From assembly GCA_947461445.1 (NCBI GenBank), contig CANHKV010000002.1, forward strand, positions 28,442-92,441: a stretch of 64,000 nucleotides of DNA. Direction: 5' to 3'. The stretch is from Holosporales bacterium (GTDB taxonomy: Bacteria; Pseudomonadota; Alphaproteobacteria; Holosporales; Holosporaceae). Within the stretch, counting starts at the first letter, position 1. Each line of letters opens with the position of its first letter. Below the pieces are notes generated by a model that searched no databases, was not told the DNA's origin, and saw only the letters and a list, made by a program, of their open reading frames with translations. The position numbers and the translations under genes are program-made. This document shows, in pieces, positions 1 to 10,289 of the stretch.

Positions 1-106
1 ATCTTTATCTGCCCCGAAAGCAGAATCGACGGATTAAAAGGTACGAACCATTTGGGGGTATGCACGATTTGGGGCGATGGAATGTCACCCCTGCCTGTAT
101 GTAACC

Positions 107-1429
107 TTATATTTGTATGTTCGCGATGACCTTATCCGTAAGGGCTTTGATATGCTGTTGAACCATGCTGGCTTGATCTGCCCCTTGGGCCATTGGTTCA
201 TGACCTGTGGCATTGGGTTGGGCAGATTGGGGTGTGTTTTGGGATGAGGCTTGGGCCAAACGTTGGGCTTGCTCCAGTACGCGCAATAAGTGATCACAGG
301 CCTGATCCAAGCAATCCTTACTTAAAAACAATCCACTGGTATGGGGGTCCAGCAACGCTTGAAAATGGTCCAAACCGCGCAGGGGATGGGATACCATCAA
401 CACCAAATGATTTTTTAACCTATTGATTTGATCCAACAGTGCGTTGCGCTGGGCAGGAACACGTTTTGATTGCGTCTGCAATTCATTCAAACAATTCTGC
501 CATAACATCACAGCCGTTTTTTTACATAATTGATCCAAAGTTATGCCATCTTTTTCCAGTAATTGGGAATGAATATCCGACAATTCATCAATGGCTTTGC
601 GCATCATTTCCCACTTTAATCCCATGACTTTGTTGGCATATGGGGTCATACCCAAATGGGCATCGGAAAAAATGGTTTCTATTTTTTCATGCATGACTTG
701 GTTCAAGTTGTGTAATAATTGACCATGGTGCAACAGCGCAGGCAAATAGTTTTGTAAAGAACGCCAATCTTGTCGCAAAAAAGTCAGACGATCATTCAGT
801 TTTTTACGTGCCACAATATGTGGAATACCAATAAATGCTTTTAATATGGATTCGTATCGGCCATTCAATTCATCCACCATTTTTAATAATGCGGCTTCAA
901 TGCTGTAATCGTCTTTTTCAGTGCCGTCATTGAACTGGAGCACCAGGTCTTGCAGCGCATTCATTTTTTCAGAGCATTCTTTTTGGTGTAAACGATTTTC
1001 TTGCAATAACCCACGTAAATTTTTGGGTGAAACCTCTTCTAAATCCAGATGTATGGGGTGGGTCAACACGGCACTTTGGGCTTGTTTACGGGCCAGTTCC
1101 AATCTGTGGAAAATGCCTTTTGCATGATAGGCTATGCGATTGATGATGATGGAGGGGGAAAAAAGATATCGCTTTTCTATTTGATAGGCCAAACGTAATG
1201 CCCATTTGCGCAAGTGCTCATTGCTGCTGTGAGATAAGTTGGCCTTGATGGCGGGATTTTTTTCTAAAAAAGCATCCACGTATTCGGCCAAAACCCCATC
1301 GCGCACCAGATGCATTTTCAAGGGTATACGCTGTTTTTCTGGGGAAAAACCTGGTGCACATTGTGCCGTGCTTAAAACTGCGGACATGATCCATGCCACA
1401 AACATGGCTTTTTTATAACGCATCATCAC
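107..1429 (-). CDS. Hypothetical secreted, probably all-helical protein (440 aa); no family recognised
   Basis: Long uninterrupted ORF. N-terminus MMMRYKKAMFVAWIMSAVLSTAQC resembles a Sec signal peptide. Q/A-rich C-terminal tail. No catalytic motif recognised. Confidence 0.55.
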   Translation of the reverse strand: MMMRYKKAMFVAWIMSAVLSTAQCAPGFSPEKQRIPLKMHLVRDGVLAEYVDAFLEKNPAIKANLSHSSNEHLRKWALRLAYQIEKRYLFSPSIIINRIAYHAKGIFHRLELARKQAQSAVLTHPIHLDLEEVSPKNLRGLLQENRLHQKECSEKMNALQDLVLQFNDGTEKDDYSIEAALLKMVDELNGRYESILKAFIGIPHIVARKKLNDRLTFLRQDWRSLQNYLPALLHHGQLLHNLNQVMHEKIETIFSDAHLGMTPYANKVMGLKWEMMRKAIDELSDIHSQLLEKDGITLDQLCKKTAVMLWQNCLNELQTQSKRVPAQRNALLDQINRLKNHLVLMVSHPLRGLDHFQALLDPHTSGLFLSKDCLDQACDHLLRVLEQAQRLAQASSQNTPQSAQPNATGHEPMAQGADQASMVQQHIKALTDKVIANIQI

Positions 1430-1561
1430 TTTTTTTACGGATATATGACGTTAACTTTACGACCAGTATCCTAAAAAAATCCTCTACAAATCAATGGGCT
1501 TTCAAGGAATCATCCCACTCTGGATGGCGTGCCATGATTCAATGTCCATCCCAAGGGGGCG

Positions 1562-2992
1562 CTATACGGCAACGCCCTTTAAACTGTTGTGGGATGAGGA
1601 TTGGATTTGAATGTTTAATAGATCGCCCACTGCGCAAAATGGGTGAGTAAAATGCACGCTATGCATGTACTCACTGCGCCCCGTGCATCCATGATCTTCG
1701 TCCACGCGTTCCACTAAAACAGGGATGGTTTGATCTTGAAAGGTTTGGTTAAAAGCCAATCGATGGCGATCCAAAACCCCATTCAAGTGCTGTAAGCGCT
1801 CACTTTTGATGGCTTCATCCAATTGTTTGACCATGGCTGCAGGTGTACCAGGCCGCGGACTATACATAAAAGAAAAGGCTTGGGCAAAATGAACCTGATC
1901 AATCAAATGGCATGTGTCTTGAAAATCCTCGTCACTTTCCCCAGGATATCCCACAATAAAATCTGATGAAAAAGCCATTTTTGGATTGTAGGTCATAAAT
2001 TTTTCAATGATGTTCAGATAAAATTCACGGGTATATTGTCGATTCATACGTGCCAAAACCCGATTAGAACCCGATTGTACAGGCAAATGCAAAAAGGGCA
2101 TCAAAATGTCGATATCTCTGTGGGCGCACAATAAATCATCGTCCACATCCCGTGGGTGGGATGTGGTGTATCGCAAGCGCGTTAATCCAGGAAATTCTGC
2201 CAGTGCCATAATCAATCGCCCCAAGGATGTTTCCTTGCCACCCGCATCCAATCCATGATAGGCATTAACGTTTTGCCCCAACAGCGTGATTTCCTTGGCC
2301 CCCAAATCCACCAAACGTTTGGCCTCTTGCAATACGTCTGATAAAGGGCGGGAATATTCTGGACCGCGGGTATAGGGCACCACACAATACTTACAAAATT
2401 TGTTACAGCCCTCTTGGATGGACAGAAAGGCCTGTGGCCCCTTTAATCCCCGTTCTTGGGGCAATTCATCAAATTTTTCCATTTTTGGAAAACCCAACGA
2501 CACCTTTGGTTGATCGGGTTGAGCCCACAAAATACGCATCACTGTTTCAGGCAATGTATGGTATGTCTGAGGCCCCACCACCACATCCACATAAGGGGCA
2601 CGCTTTAAAATATCAGCACCCAGTGCTTGGCCCACACATCCAGCCACAATAATGATGGTGGATTTCCCCCCATCTTTACGCTTGTTTTTTACAATACGAA
2701 ATCGGCCCAATTCGGAAAACAGTTTGTCTTCTGCTTTGGCTCGGATATGACAGGTGTTAACGATGATCAAATCCGCCGTATCCACCTGATCTGTGGCTTG
2801 AAAACCCAGGGGAACCAAGGCCTCTTCCATACGTTCAGAATCATAGACATTCATTTGACAGCCATAGGTCTTGATGAATAGCCGTTTGGTAGGAGCCGTT
2901 TCTGCGGGCAAAGTGGCAAAGTGTTCTGCAGCATCCAGAGGATTGGTGGTCTGGGCAAGACTGGAAAAAGTGCTCATAGGTCCGCATGTCAA
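1562..2992 (-). CDS. miaB: tRNA-i6A37 methylthiotransferase MiaB
   Basis: MTTase N-domain motif TYGCQMNVYDSE, radical-SAM CxxxCxxC (GCNKFCKYCVVPYTRG) and a TRAM-like C-terminus. The true start may be the internal ATG at 2977. Confidence 0.9.
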   Translation of the reverse strand: MTCGPMSTFSSLAQTTNPLDAAEHFATLPAETAPTKRLFIKTYGCQMNVYDSERMEEALVPLGFQATDQVDTADLIIVNTCHIRAKAEDKLFSELGRFRIVKNKRKDGGKSTIIIVAGCVGQALGADILKRAPYVDVVVGPQTYHTLPETVMRILWAQPDQPKVSLGFPKMEKFDELPQERGLKGPQAFLSIQEGCNKFCKYCVVPYTRGPEYSRPLSDVLQEAKRLVDLGAKEITLLGQNVNAYHGLDAGGKETSLGRLIMALAEFPGLTRLRYTTSHPRDVDDDLLCAHRDIDILMPFLHLPVQSGSNRVLARMNRQYTREFYLNIIEKFMTYNPKMAFSSDFIVGYPGESDEDFQDTCHLIDQVHFAQAFSFMYSPRPGTPAAMVKQLDEAIKSERLQHLNGVLDRHRLAFNQTFQDQTIPVLVERVDEDHGCTGRSEYMHSVHFTHPFCAVGDLLNIQIQSSSHNSLKGVAV

Positions 2993-3082
2993 ATTTTTAT
3001 GATCATAAAATAAAAGCAGTGATGTATCAAGGTCAAAGGCAAAAAAGCATCCTGTATTTCTCTAAAAAATGGTATAAACTGG

Positions 3083-4453
3083 ATGTATGGTTATCCCGTG
3101 GGTACAGTTTTAATGGGCAATTTATTGGCATATCCAGACACCCCATTGCCCTTAACCATCACTCAAATTTCAGGGTATTTAAAACAACACATTGAAAAAG
3201 GGTTTTCTGCGGTCTGTGTGCAAGGCGAAATTTCTGGATGCAAACAGCACACCTCTGGACATACGTATTTTGCCCTAAAAGATGATCAGTGCGTCATTGA
3301 TGCCATTTGTTGGCGCGGAACCAAACTTCAAACCCCGCTGCATGATGGGGCTCTGGTGATTTGCAGGGGACGCATTACGACCTATGGGGCGCGCTCTAAA
3401 TACCAATTAATCATTGAAAGTGCAGAGCCAGCGGGGCAGGGGGCATTATTGTATTTGATCGAACAATTAAAGGCCCAACTGACCAAAGAGGGGCTGTTTC
3501 AACTGGAACGAAAAAAACTATTGCCTCGATTTCCTGGGTGTATTGGCCTGATTACATCACCCACGGGTGCTGTGATCCAAGATATGTTGGTGCGTTTTTC
3601 TGATCGTTTGCCCTGCCGATTGTTGCTCTTTCCTGTGGCGGTGCAGGGCAGCAATGCTGTGCCTGATATTTTAAAGGCGTTGGCATTCTTTCACCAACAC
3701 CATCCACGTCCCGATGTTTTGATCATTGCCCGTGGCGGGGGAAGCATCGAAGATTTGTGGGCCTTTCATGATGAATCGGTGGTTAGAGCAGTGGCCGCAA
3801 GTGAAATCCCCATTATTTCTGCCATTGGTCACGAGACCGACACGACCCTGATGGATTATGCGGCCGATTGTCGAGCCCCAACCCCCACAGCAGCAGCCGA
3901 AATGGTGCTGCCACTGATTTCTGATTTGCAAGATCATATTCACAGCTGTATGACATTATTGCGCCGGGCCCTGTATCATGAATACAGTTTAGGGCAAACC
4001 CGACTGGGTCATTTGGCCTATCGTTTACAATCCATGAAACTGGCTCCTTTACCTGCAGAGCAACGCTTGGATGATTTCTTTGATGGACTGGTGAAATGCA
4101 TCTCCCTCTTTATACATGAAAAAGAATACCTCTGGAAATTAATAGGACAAAAACTGGGTCAAGGTCCCATCAGAGATATTGCAAGCCATCAGAACCACAT
4201 CATACGTCTTGGCCAACATGTAACGCGATTGATGGCTGAAAAAATGCATACGCTTGAATCTCTGTTGGGGAATTATGATCGATTATTGGCCCAATTGTCC
4301 TATCAAAAAACCCTAGAACGTGGCTTCTCGTTGGTCTTGGATGGGGATGAAAAACTATGCTCTTCCAGGGGCATGGCCGTAAACACAGAAGCCCTGTCCA
4401 TCCAGTTTTATGACGGCAGGGTCCTTGTTTCTGTCAACAAAAATTCTGCTTAA
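3083..4453 (+). CDS. xseA: Exodeoxyribonuclease VII large subunit
   Basis: N-terminal OB-fold signature (ISGYLK...VQGEISG...SGHTYFALKDD) and the central RGGGSIEDLWAFHDE motif typical of XseA. Confidence 0.85.
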   Translation: MYGYPVGTVLMGNLLAYPDTPLPLTITQISGYLKQHIEKGFSAVCVQGEISGCKQHTSGHTYFALKDDQCVIDAICWRGTKLQTPLHDGALVICRGRITTYGARSKYQLIIESAEPAGQGALLYLIEQLKAQLTKEGLFQLERKKLLPRFPGCIGLITSPTGAVIQDMLVRFSDRLPCRLLLFPVAVQGSNAVPDILKALAFFHQHHPRPDVLIIARGGGSIEDLWAFHDESVVRAVAASEIPIISAIGHETDTTLMDYAADCRAPTPTAAAEMVLPLISDLQDHIHSCMTLLRRALYHEYSLGQTRLGHLAYRLQSMKLAPLPAEQRLDDFFDGLVKCISLFIHEKEYLWKLIGQKLGQGPIRDIASHQNHIIRLGQHVTRLMAEKMHTLESLLGNYDRLLAQLSYQKTLERGFSLVLDGDEKLCSSRGMAVNTEALSIQFYDGRVLVSVNKNSA

Positions 4454-4518
4454 CCCAAGGTGGTATGCAAAAACTTGGCGATTTTTATGCAATGGTGTAC
4501 TATATATTAAATAGATAA

Positions 4519-6087
4519 ATGATAGAGTCCATGGCTACTGAGCCTTTGTCGATCCCTGAACGATCTCTTTCTTCATTTGATTGGCCGTCTTTTCATGCCC
4601 GCACCAGACTGCATTTTCAAGAGCACGAGTGTGTTCAGGATATGGTTTTTTTTGATACAGCCGATCAAGTTGTTTCGGCATTAAAAGAACTGTACCAACG
4701 TCAAGTCACCCAGGCGCGGCAAACCATATTTTCGGATCAACGATCTGTGGGGTCCCACAGTTATCCCTATTTGGGCATTTACGTTCCCGTATGCGATTCT
4801 AGTGGGCTGCAATCCTATGACCTATTCAGTCATCCTGGATTTTATGGCACCACCATTACCCAGCCGGTTCTGTACGAGGGATACTTGCACCAACAACTCA
4901 CACTGTTGATGCAATCCCACAAGATTTTAGTAGGGATAGGGACCAGTGCGCGCCATATACCCGACTCTTTTTTACCCAGTATACCGGCCATGGACTTTAT
5001 AGCTTCTGCAGAGACCAAGCCAAAGACGCTGATGCCTGCGTCAGATGCATGGATGGATACCAGCATGCGCGTGAACCTGCCATCTCTATACGGTCTGGAT
5101 CAAAATTGGGAAGATACAGCCAAAGATTGGGATACCTTGCCCACAAAACCCTTGGGTTTATTTTCTGCACCTCGGATCGATTATTCTCTGGCCCGATTGC
5201 AACATTATTGTGGAACGTCGGCCGATCAATTTCAAAATTTTATCCTGTTAACCAACTATTCCCATTACGTCGATTCTTTTTTGGCCTATGCCCGTGATCC
5301 AGAGCGTTTAAAGCAAGGGTATACCTCTTGGTCAGGACCTATGGGACGGTGGCATCGTCTGGATCGCAGCATTCCATCAGAATATGTGGATGAGGGCAGA
5401 ACTTTTCAAATGCCGGCCTATCACTTGCAAAAATCCGATCGCCAAGGCATCACCCTGATTAATATTGGAGTAGGCCCCAGCAACATGAAAACCATAACGG
5501 ATCATTTGGCCGTGCTGCGGTCTCATTGCTGGATTATGTTGGGCCATTGCGGTGGATTGCATCATACCCAACGGTTAGGGGATTTGGTCATTGCCAATGC
5601 CTATATGCGCGAAGATCGGGTGCTGGATGAAGAGTTACCTCTCAATGTACCCATTCCTCCTGTATACGATGTACAGCATGCTTTGTATCAAGCTGGCGCT
5701 CGGTTTTTTCCGGATCAGGATCAGTTGCATCGCTCTTTGCGATCTGGAACGGTTTTAACCACGGCCAATCGCAACTGGGAGTTACGCATCAAGTCATTTT
5801 CTCCTCTGATCCATCGATCCAGAGCCATTGCCATTGATATGGAATCGGCCACATTGGCGGCCAACGCTTTTCGATTTTCCATTCCTTATGGAGCATTGTT
5901 GTGTGTATCGGATCGTCCGTTGCATGGGGATTTAAAAATGCCGCAATCGGCTCAGAATTTTTACAAGGATCGGGTCCACGAGCACATGCTGATGGGCATT
6001 ACAGCCATGGAAATTTTGTCAACCTATTGTCCTTTGGCCTTGCATTCTCGTAAATTGCGTGGATTTCAAGCTGCCCCATTTCGATAA
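4519..6087 (+). CDS. amn: AMP nucleosidase
   Basis: About 250-aa N-terminal domain followed by a nucleoside-phosphorylase fold (INIGVGPSNMKT, GHCGGL, AIDMESAT). This is the Amn architecture. Confidence 0.7.
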   Translation: MIESMATEPLSIPERSLSSFDWPSFHARTRLHFQEHECVQDMVFFDTADQVVSALKELYQRQVTQARQTIFSDQRSVGSHSYPYLGIYVPVCDSSGLQSYDLFSHPGFYGTTITQPVLYEGYLHQQLTLLMQSHKILVGIGTSARHIPDSFLPSIPAMDFIASAETKPKTLMPASDAWMDTSMRVNLPSLYGLDQNWEDTAKDWDTLPTKPLGLFSAPRIDYSLARLQHYCGTSADQFQNFILLTNYSHYVDSFLAYARDPERLKQGYTSWSGPMGRWHRLDRSIPSEYVDEGRTFQMPAYHLQKSDRQGITLINIGVGPSNMKTITDHLAVLRSHCWIMLGHCGGLHHTQRLGDLVIANAYMREDRVLDEELPLNVPIPPVYDVQHALYQAGARFFPDQDQLHRSLRSGTVLTTANRNWELRIKSFSPLIHRSRAIAIDMESATLAANAFRFSIPYGALLCVSDRPLHGDLKMPQSAQNFYKDRVHEHMLMGITAMEILSTYCPLALHSRKLRGFQAAPFR

Positions 6088-6744
6088 ATGGGCTGTACAT
6101 CCACCACCTGCTGCAGGGGGTTCCCCAACGTGCAAAAGCCCTATAAAAGCCACAGAAGGGGGTGTACGGGTTTGTGATGGTAAACTGGGGTCAACTGATG
6201 GGCTTTTTTCCAAAATAGAGGATTATAGGCTTGAAATAGGGGTGGGGATGGCTCCTCCGATGCATCAAGTCACAGCCTAAGTCCGAAACAAGGGGTGATC
6301 CAAAGAGAGGCTGCTGTTTTAACCACCCCAGTTCATGATCATGGCTTCCATCAGGATATTGCCATTGAAAACCCTTGCACCATCGTATTCCTGTTAAAAA
6401 TAATGCAAAAGCGGTTGTTTTCGTGATCACAGACATACACATCGATACATAAGGGGGGGGGCGTAACAGTACGTGCGCTTTTTTCTTTATCCTGGGACCT
6501 TTTTATGGCAACAACGGCAATACTCAATCATCAGGATTGCCCACCTATTCCCCTGGTTCACAGAGGAAAAAACCCTTAGGTTGTGCCGATGATGTTATGT
6601 CAAAAGACGTATACAGAAAGGATGTTTCTGTCCTCAATAGAAGAGAGCTGATGTGTTATCAAAAGAGGTAAAAATGCATATCTGTGGGCGACCAACGATC
6701 CAACCCCCCCACACCGATGGTCCCTAGTAAAGAAATCCCATATG

Positions 6745-8010
6745 CTATACCCCTAAAAGGGTTTCCTTGGATTTATCATGAGGGGTTACACGAATGAGGG
6801 TAATTTGATGATTGTGTTTACGCAAAATCTTTAACGTAAATCCGTTCAGTGTTAAAACAGATCCAACATCTGGGATGGATCGTGTTTCATTCAAAATCAA
6901 CCCCGCCAGTGTGGATGCTTCACTGTTGTCCAGCGACCAGTCATATTGTCTTTGCAAATCGCGCAATGTAACCGATCCTTGGATGATGTAATCCCCGTTT
7001 GTGGTTGTGCGAACGCCAGGCAAGGCCGCATCATGCTCATCCGTAATTTCACCCACAATTTCTTCTAAAATATCTTCCAGCGTAACCATGCCCAATAATG
7101 ATCCGTACTCATCCACCACAAAGGCTTGATGACTGCTTTTGGCCTTGAACAACTGCAATTGATCAAACAGGGTACTGGTATCAGGGATAAACCAAGGTTG
7201 TGTCATCATTTCAGAAATAACAACCGCTTGATCCGACTGGTGACTGGCACGAGCCAAATGCTTGATGTTCACCACACCAATAATATTGTCAGGAGTGTCT
7301 CTCCACAATGGAATGCGCGTATAGGATGCATTAAAAATTTTTCGATACAGCTCGGCTGGGGGTAAATCAATATTAAAGGACAAAATGTTTTTACGATGCA
7401 CCATGACTTCATCCACTGTGACCAAGGATAAATCCAACACGCTGCGCAACATGGCGCGTTCGTGCAAGGCCATTTCTGCCCCAGTATGCAAATCAATGGC
7501 ACCACGTAAATCTTCGACCGTATCCTTTTTTAAGGATAAATTCACCCCTAAAAATCCTATGATTTTGTGGGCAAAGGCATCCATAAACCGGGTAACAGGC
7601 CTTAAAATGGTGCGTAAAAATTGAATGAATCCCGCCAGAAACAATCCCACTTGCTCTGGAAAGTAATAGGCATACACTTTAGGCAAAACCTCTAGGCACA
7701 AGGTCATGCATGCCCCCATAACCAACGATGCCACAAACACGCCCCATTCGCTGAGTACAGAGCTCATCATCTGAGAAGTCAGCGCAGCCATACCCGAAAA
7801 CAGACAGGTGTGGGTTAAAATAATGGTGCTGATCAAGGTGTGCATGTTTTCTTGCAACGACAACAGCAAAACCGCCCGCTTTTTTCCTTTTTTTGCCAAT
7901 TGATTCAAACGCAGTCTTGATGCCATGGTTACTGCGGTTTCACTGGCCGATAAAATCGCAGACATCACACAAATGGTAACAATGATACAAATAGAAACAA
8001 AAGAGTTCAT
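6745..8010 (-). CDS. TlyC/CorB-family membrane protein (DUF21 TM domain, CBS pair, CorC_HlyC domain)
   Basis: Hydrophobic N-terminal third, central CBS-like region, C-terminal transporter-associated domain (ITDEHD...GDYIIQG...TLNGFTLKIL). Its start overlaps the aroK stop (ATGA). Confidence 0.8.
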   Translation of the reverse strand: MNSFVSICIIVTICVMSAILSASETAVTMASRLRLNQLAKKGKKRAVLLLSLQENMHTLISTIILTHTCLFSGMAALTSQMMSSVLSEWGVFVASLVMGACMTLCLEVLPKVYAYYFPEQVGLFLAGFIQFLRTILRPVTRFMDAFAHKIIGFLGVNLSLKKDTVEDLRGAIDLHTGAEMALHERAMLRSVLDLSLVTVDEVMVHRKNILSFNIDLPPAELYRKIFNASYTRIPLWRDTPDNIIGVVNIKHLARASHQSDQAVVISEMMTQPWFIPDTSTLFDQLQLFKAKSSHQAFVVDEYGSLLGMVTLEDILEEIVGEITDEHDAALPGVRTTTNGDYIIQGSVTLRDLQRQYDWSLDNSEASTLAGLILNETRSIPDVGSVLTLNGFTLKILRKHNHQITLIRVTPHDKSKETLLGV

Positions 8011-8573
8011 GAGGCTGGGTATACAGGATACAAATGTTCTTTTAGGGCACTGATGATGCGATTGACGGCTTCTTGATAAAACTCATCATTACTTTCTACG
8101 CAAATATCGGCCATGCCATAAATGGGGTATCGTTCTTTGACCAATGATTCTAGAACGGCCTCGGTATTTCCATCGATCAGCTGTGGGCGCATTTTTCTTT
8201 GCACACGATTGGCCAATGTTGTAATATCCGATTTCAACCATACTGTAATGGTGCGATCTTGTAACAGGGTGCGCGTTTGATCATGAATAAACGCACCTTC
8301 TCCTGTGGATAACACATGAACAGGTTCCGTGTCCAGTAATCGGGCAATAACTCTGTTTTCCGTCATTTTAAAGGCGGCTTCCCCCCATTGCTCGTAAATG
8401 TCAGATACGCTGCACCCGCCAGCAGCCCTTTCAACCTCTTGATCTGAATCACAAAAAGGTTTTTTCAAATCTCTGGCCAATCGACTGCCTATTGTGCTTT
8501 TTCCAGCGCCCATCATGCCGACAAGAGCAATGGTTTTTGGAATATAAAATGACGTAAAATTATAACTTGTCAT
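8007..8573 (-). CDS. aroK: Shikimate kinase
   Basis: Walker A GMMGAGKSTIGSRLA, 188 aa, typical AroK length and layout. Confidence 0.85.
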   Translation of the reverse strand: MTSYNFTSFYIPKTIALVGMMGAGKSTIGSRLARDLKKPFCDSDQEVERAAGGCSVSDIYEQWGEAAFKMTENRVIARLLDTEPVHVLSTGEGAFIHDQTRTLLQDRTITVWLKSDITTLANRVQRKMRPQLIDGNTEAVLESLVKERYPIYGMADICVESNDEFYQEAVNRIISALKEHLYPVYPAS

Positions 8574-8625
8574 TGCTTTTTCTCATTGTTTCCGATACAA
8601 AAGATTATACTTCAATTAGGTTACC

Positions 8626-8868
8626 ATGCTCAACAAGTTTTTCATATCCCATTGGAAAATTACCCTAATGACTTTCACCGCAGGCCTTATCGCCCTTGTC
8701 ATTATTGCTGCAATGTATTGGATGCCACCCATGGCACGTTTGGTGGAAATCCCCATTTCCGTGGAACAATTGACCCAAAGTCCTGGGGATAAACCCTCAT
8801 CCAATGCCACAAAGACCATCGCCTTTTCCACCAAAAAAGACACGCCCACCCCCCACGCACAATCCTGA
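8626..8868 (+). CDS. Possible small single-pass membrane protein (80 aa)
   Basis: ORF with one hydrophobic helix (LMTFTAGLIALVIIAAMYW) and a polar tail, divergent from aroK. Only a weak SD; no homology recognised. Confidence 0.25.
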   Translation: MLNKFFISHWKITLMTFTAGLIALVIIAAMYWMPPMARLVEIPISVEQLTQSPGDKPSSNATKTIAFSTKKDTPTPHAQS

Positions 8869-9047
8869 TCTTTTAGCAAACATCTTTGCGATATAAATCA
8901 TAATAAAAATTACATTATACGATGTTTATCGCATAGTAAAAACCATGCCCTATTTTAATATGTTTTATTTTTATTGACAAATCGTGAATTTTGAATCATA
9001 TTAAAAGGATCATTTTGAAAATTATAAAAGGCTGGCATACTGTGCTT

Positions 9048-9734
9048 ATGATCTCTGGACCAGAAGGTTCCCTAGAAGCGTCCTATCACTGTTCACCCAT
9101 GGACCCCAGGGCACCTATGGTGATTCTAATGGCCCCCCATCCCGAACAAGAAGGCACCATGGATCATGCTGTAATGCAGGCTCTGTTTCGTGTTTTTGCC
9201 CGTCTGGACTTTAATATTTTACGCTTTAATTATCGTGGTTCTGGGAAATCTCAGGGCACCTTTACCAACGGAGAAGGCGAAGTATCTGATGCGGCTGCCT
9301 GTTTGGATTGGATGCAAAACAAAAACCCAAATCCAGCCCAATGTTGGGTTGCTGGGTTTTCTTTTGGGGCCTATATTGCCTTGCAATTGCTGATGCGTCG
9401 TCCGGAATGCCACAGCTTTGTGGCCATCAGTCCCCTGGCCAATATGTATGACTTTAACTTTTTGGCGCCATGTCCTGCCCCTGGATTGGTGGTTCATGGG
9501 GATATGGATGAGGTCACACCAAAAGAGTCGGTTATTCGACTGACCCACCAGCTATCCATGCAAAAAAGAGGCCATAAAATTGCCCTTCATCTGATTCCTG
9601 GGGCGGATCATGCCTTTGCAAGCCATCTGAAGAGTGTGGAAACCACAATCCAAGAATACGTTCTAAGCAAGCTGTCCCCACCGGTGCGTCACGCAGAAAG
9701 AGGGTGGGCTCAAAAGGCTGCTTTGGTCGGCTAA
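9048..9734 (+). CDS. Alpha/beta-fold hydrolase (COG2945-like)
   Basis: Nucleophile elbow GFSFGA, later HGDMDEV and GADHAF motifs, about 228 aa. The ORF is open back to a TTG at 8991; the ATG at 9048 is preferred. Confidence 0.7.
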   Translation: MISGPEGSLEASYHCSPMDPRAPMVILMAPHPEQEGTMDHAVMQALFRVFARLDFNILRFNYRGSGKSQGTFTNGEGEVSDAAACLDWMQNKNPNPAQCWVAGFSFGAYIALQLLMRRPECHSFVAISPLANMYDFNFLAPCPAPGLVVHGDMDEVTPKESVIRLTHQLSMQKRGHKIALHLIPGADHAFASHLKSVETTIQEYVLSKLSPPVRHAERGWAQKAALVG

Positions 9735-9887
9735 GGAATTGTGTCTTAACATCCGCCTGATTCATCACTGCAAGAATACCTATGATGGGTATGAATGGGG
9801 GTATCTTGAGCAGAGCCCCCATCCATTATTTCATGGGTTTTTTTTATTCATTATGGCGTACTTTGTTGTATTTTTTTAATTTTTCTC

Positions 9888-10271
9888 TTAAAAGTTCAAT
9901 AAAAACCATTTCCATTCCATTTTTTTTAATTCTTCTCTTGATTCGCGTTGAATAGTCCATGTCGATAATTTATCTTTAAGTTTTCCTTTTACTGCTCTTG
10001 CTTTCTGTTCTTCTGGGGTGATATTAGAGTTCTCCTCTTTCATAATATGGTCTGTGATTGGATCAAAATTATTTAATTTATTTTGTTCTCTTTGGATGGT
10101 GGCATTAATAACAGGATTTTCGGGGGCTGTGCTTTGTAAACTCAGTCCCCCATATTATGGGTCAACTCATCCTTCAAAAGCTTGTCAATCTTTTTTCCAT
10201 CGAGAATTAATTCCATTTTTTGTTTGGTTTTTTTTAGGCAAGATTTCTTCCGGGGTGGCAGTATAGATCAT
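9888..10271 (-). pseudogene. Degraded 128-codon ORF (K/E/L-rich) interrupted between a T8 and a C5 tract
   Basis: The frame starting at ATG 10271 is open to the stop at 9888-9890 except for three stops clustered in about 45 nt. That stretch is open in a second frame bounded by homopolymers at 10228-10235 and 10147-10151. Confidence 0.35.
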
Positions 10272-10289
10272 AAGATCCACTTCTTCACA

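Noticed and set aside
6191-6442. An 83-aa minus-strand ORF lies in the amn/TlyC spacer.
   Set aside because: No SD and no recognisable motif were found, and it overlaps other equally weak ORFs.
10018-10266. An 82-aa + strand ORF lies in the AT-rich island.
   Set aside because: It has a hydrophobic, poly-Phe/Leu translation typical of a T-rich strand. The minus strand carries the more protein-like, although decayed, frame.
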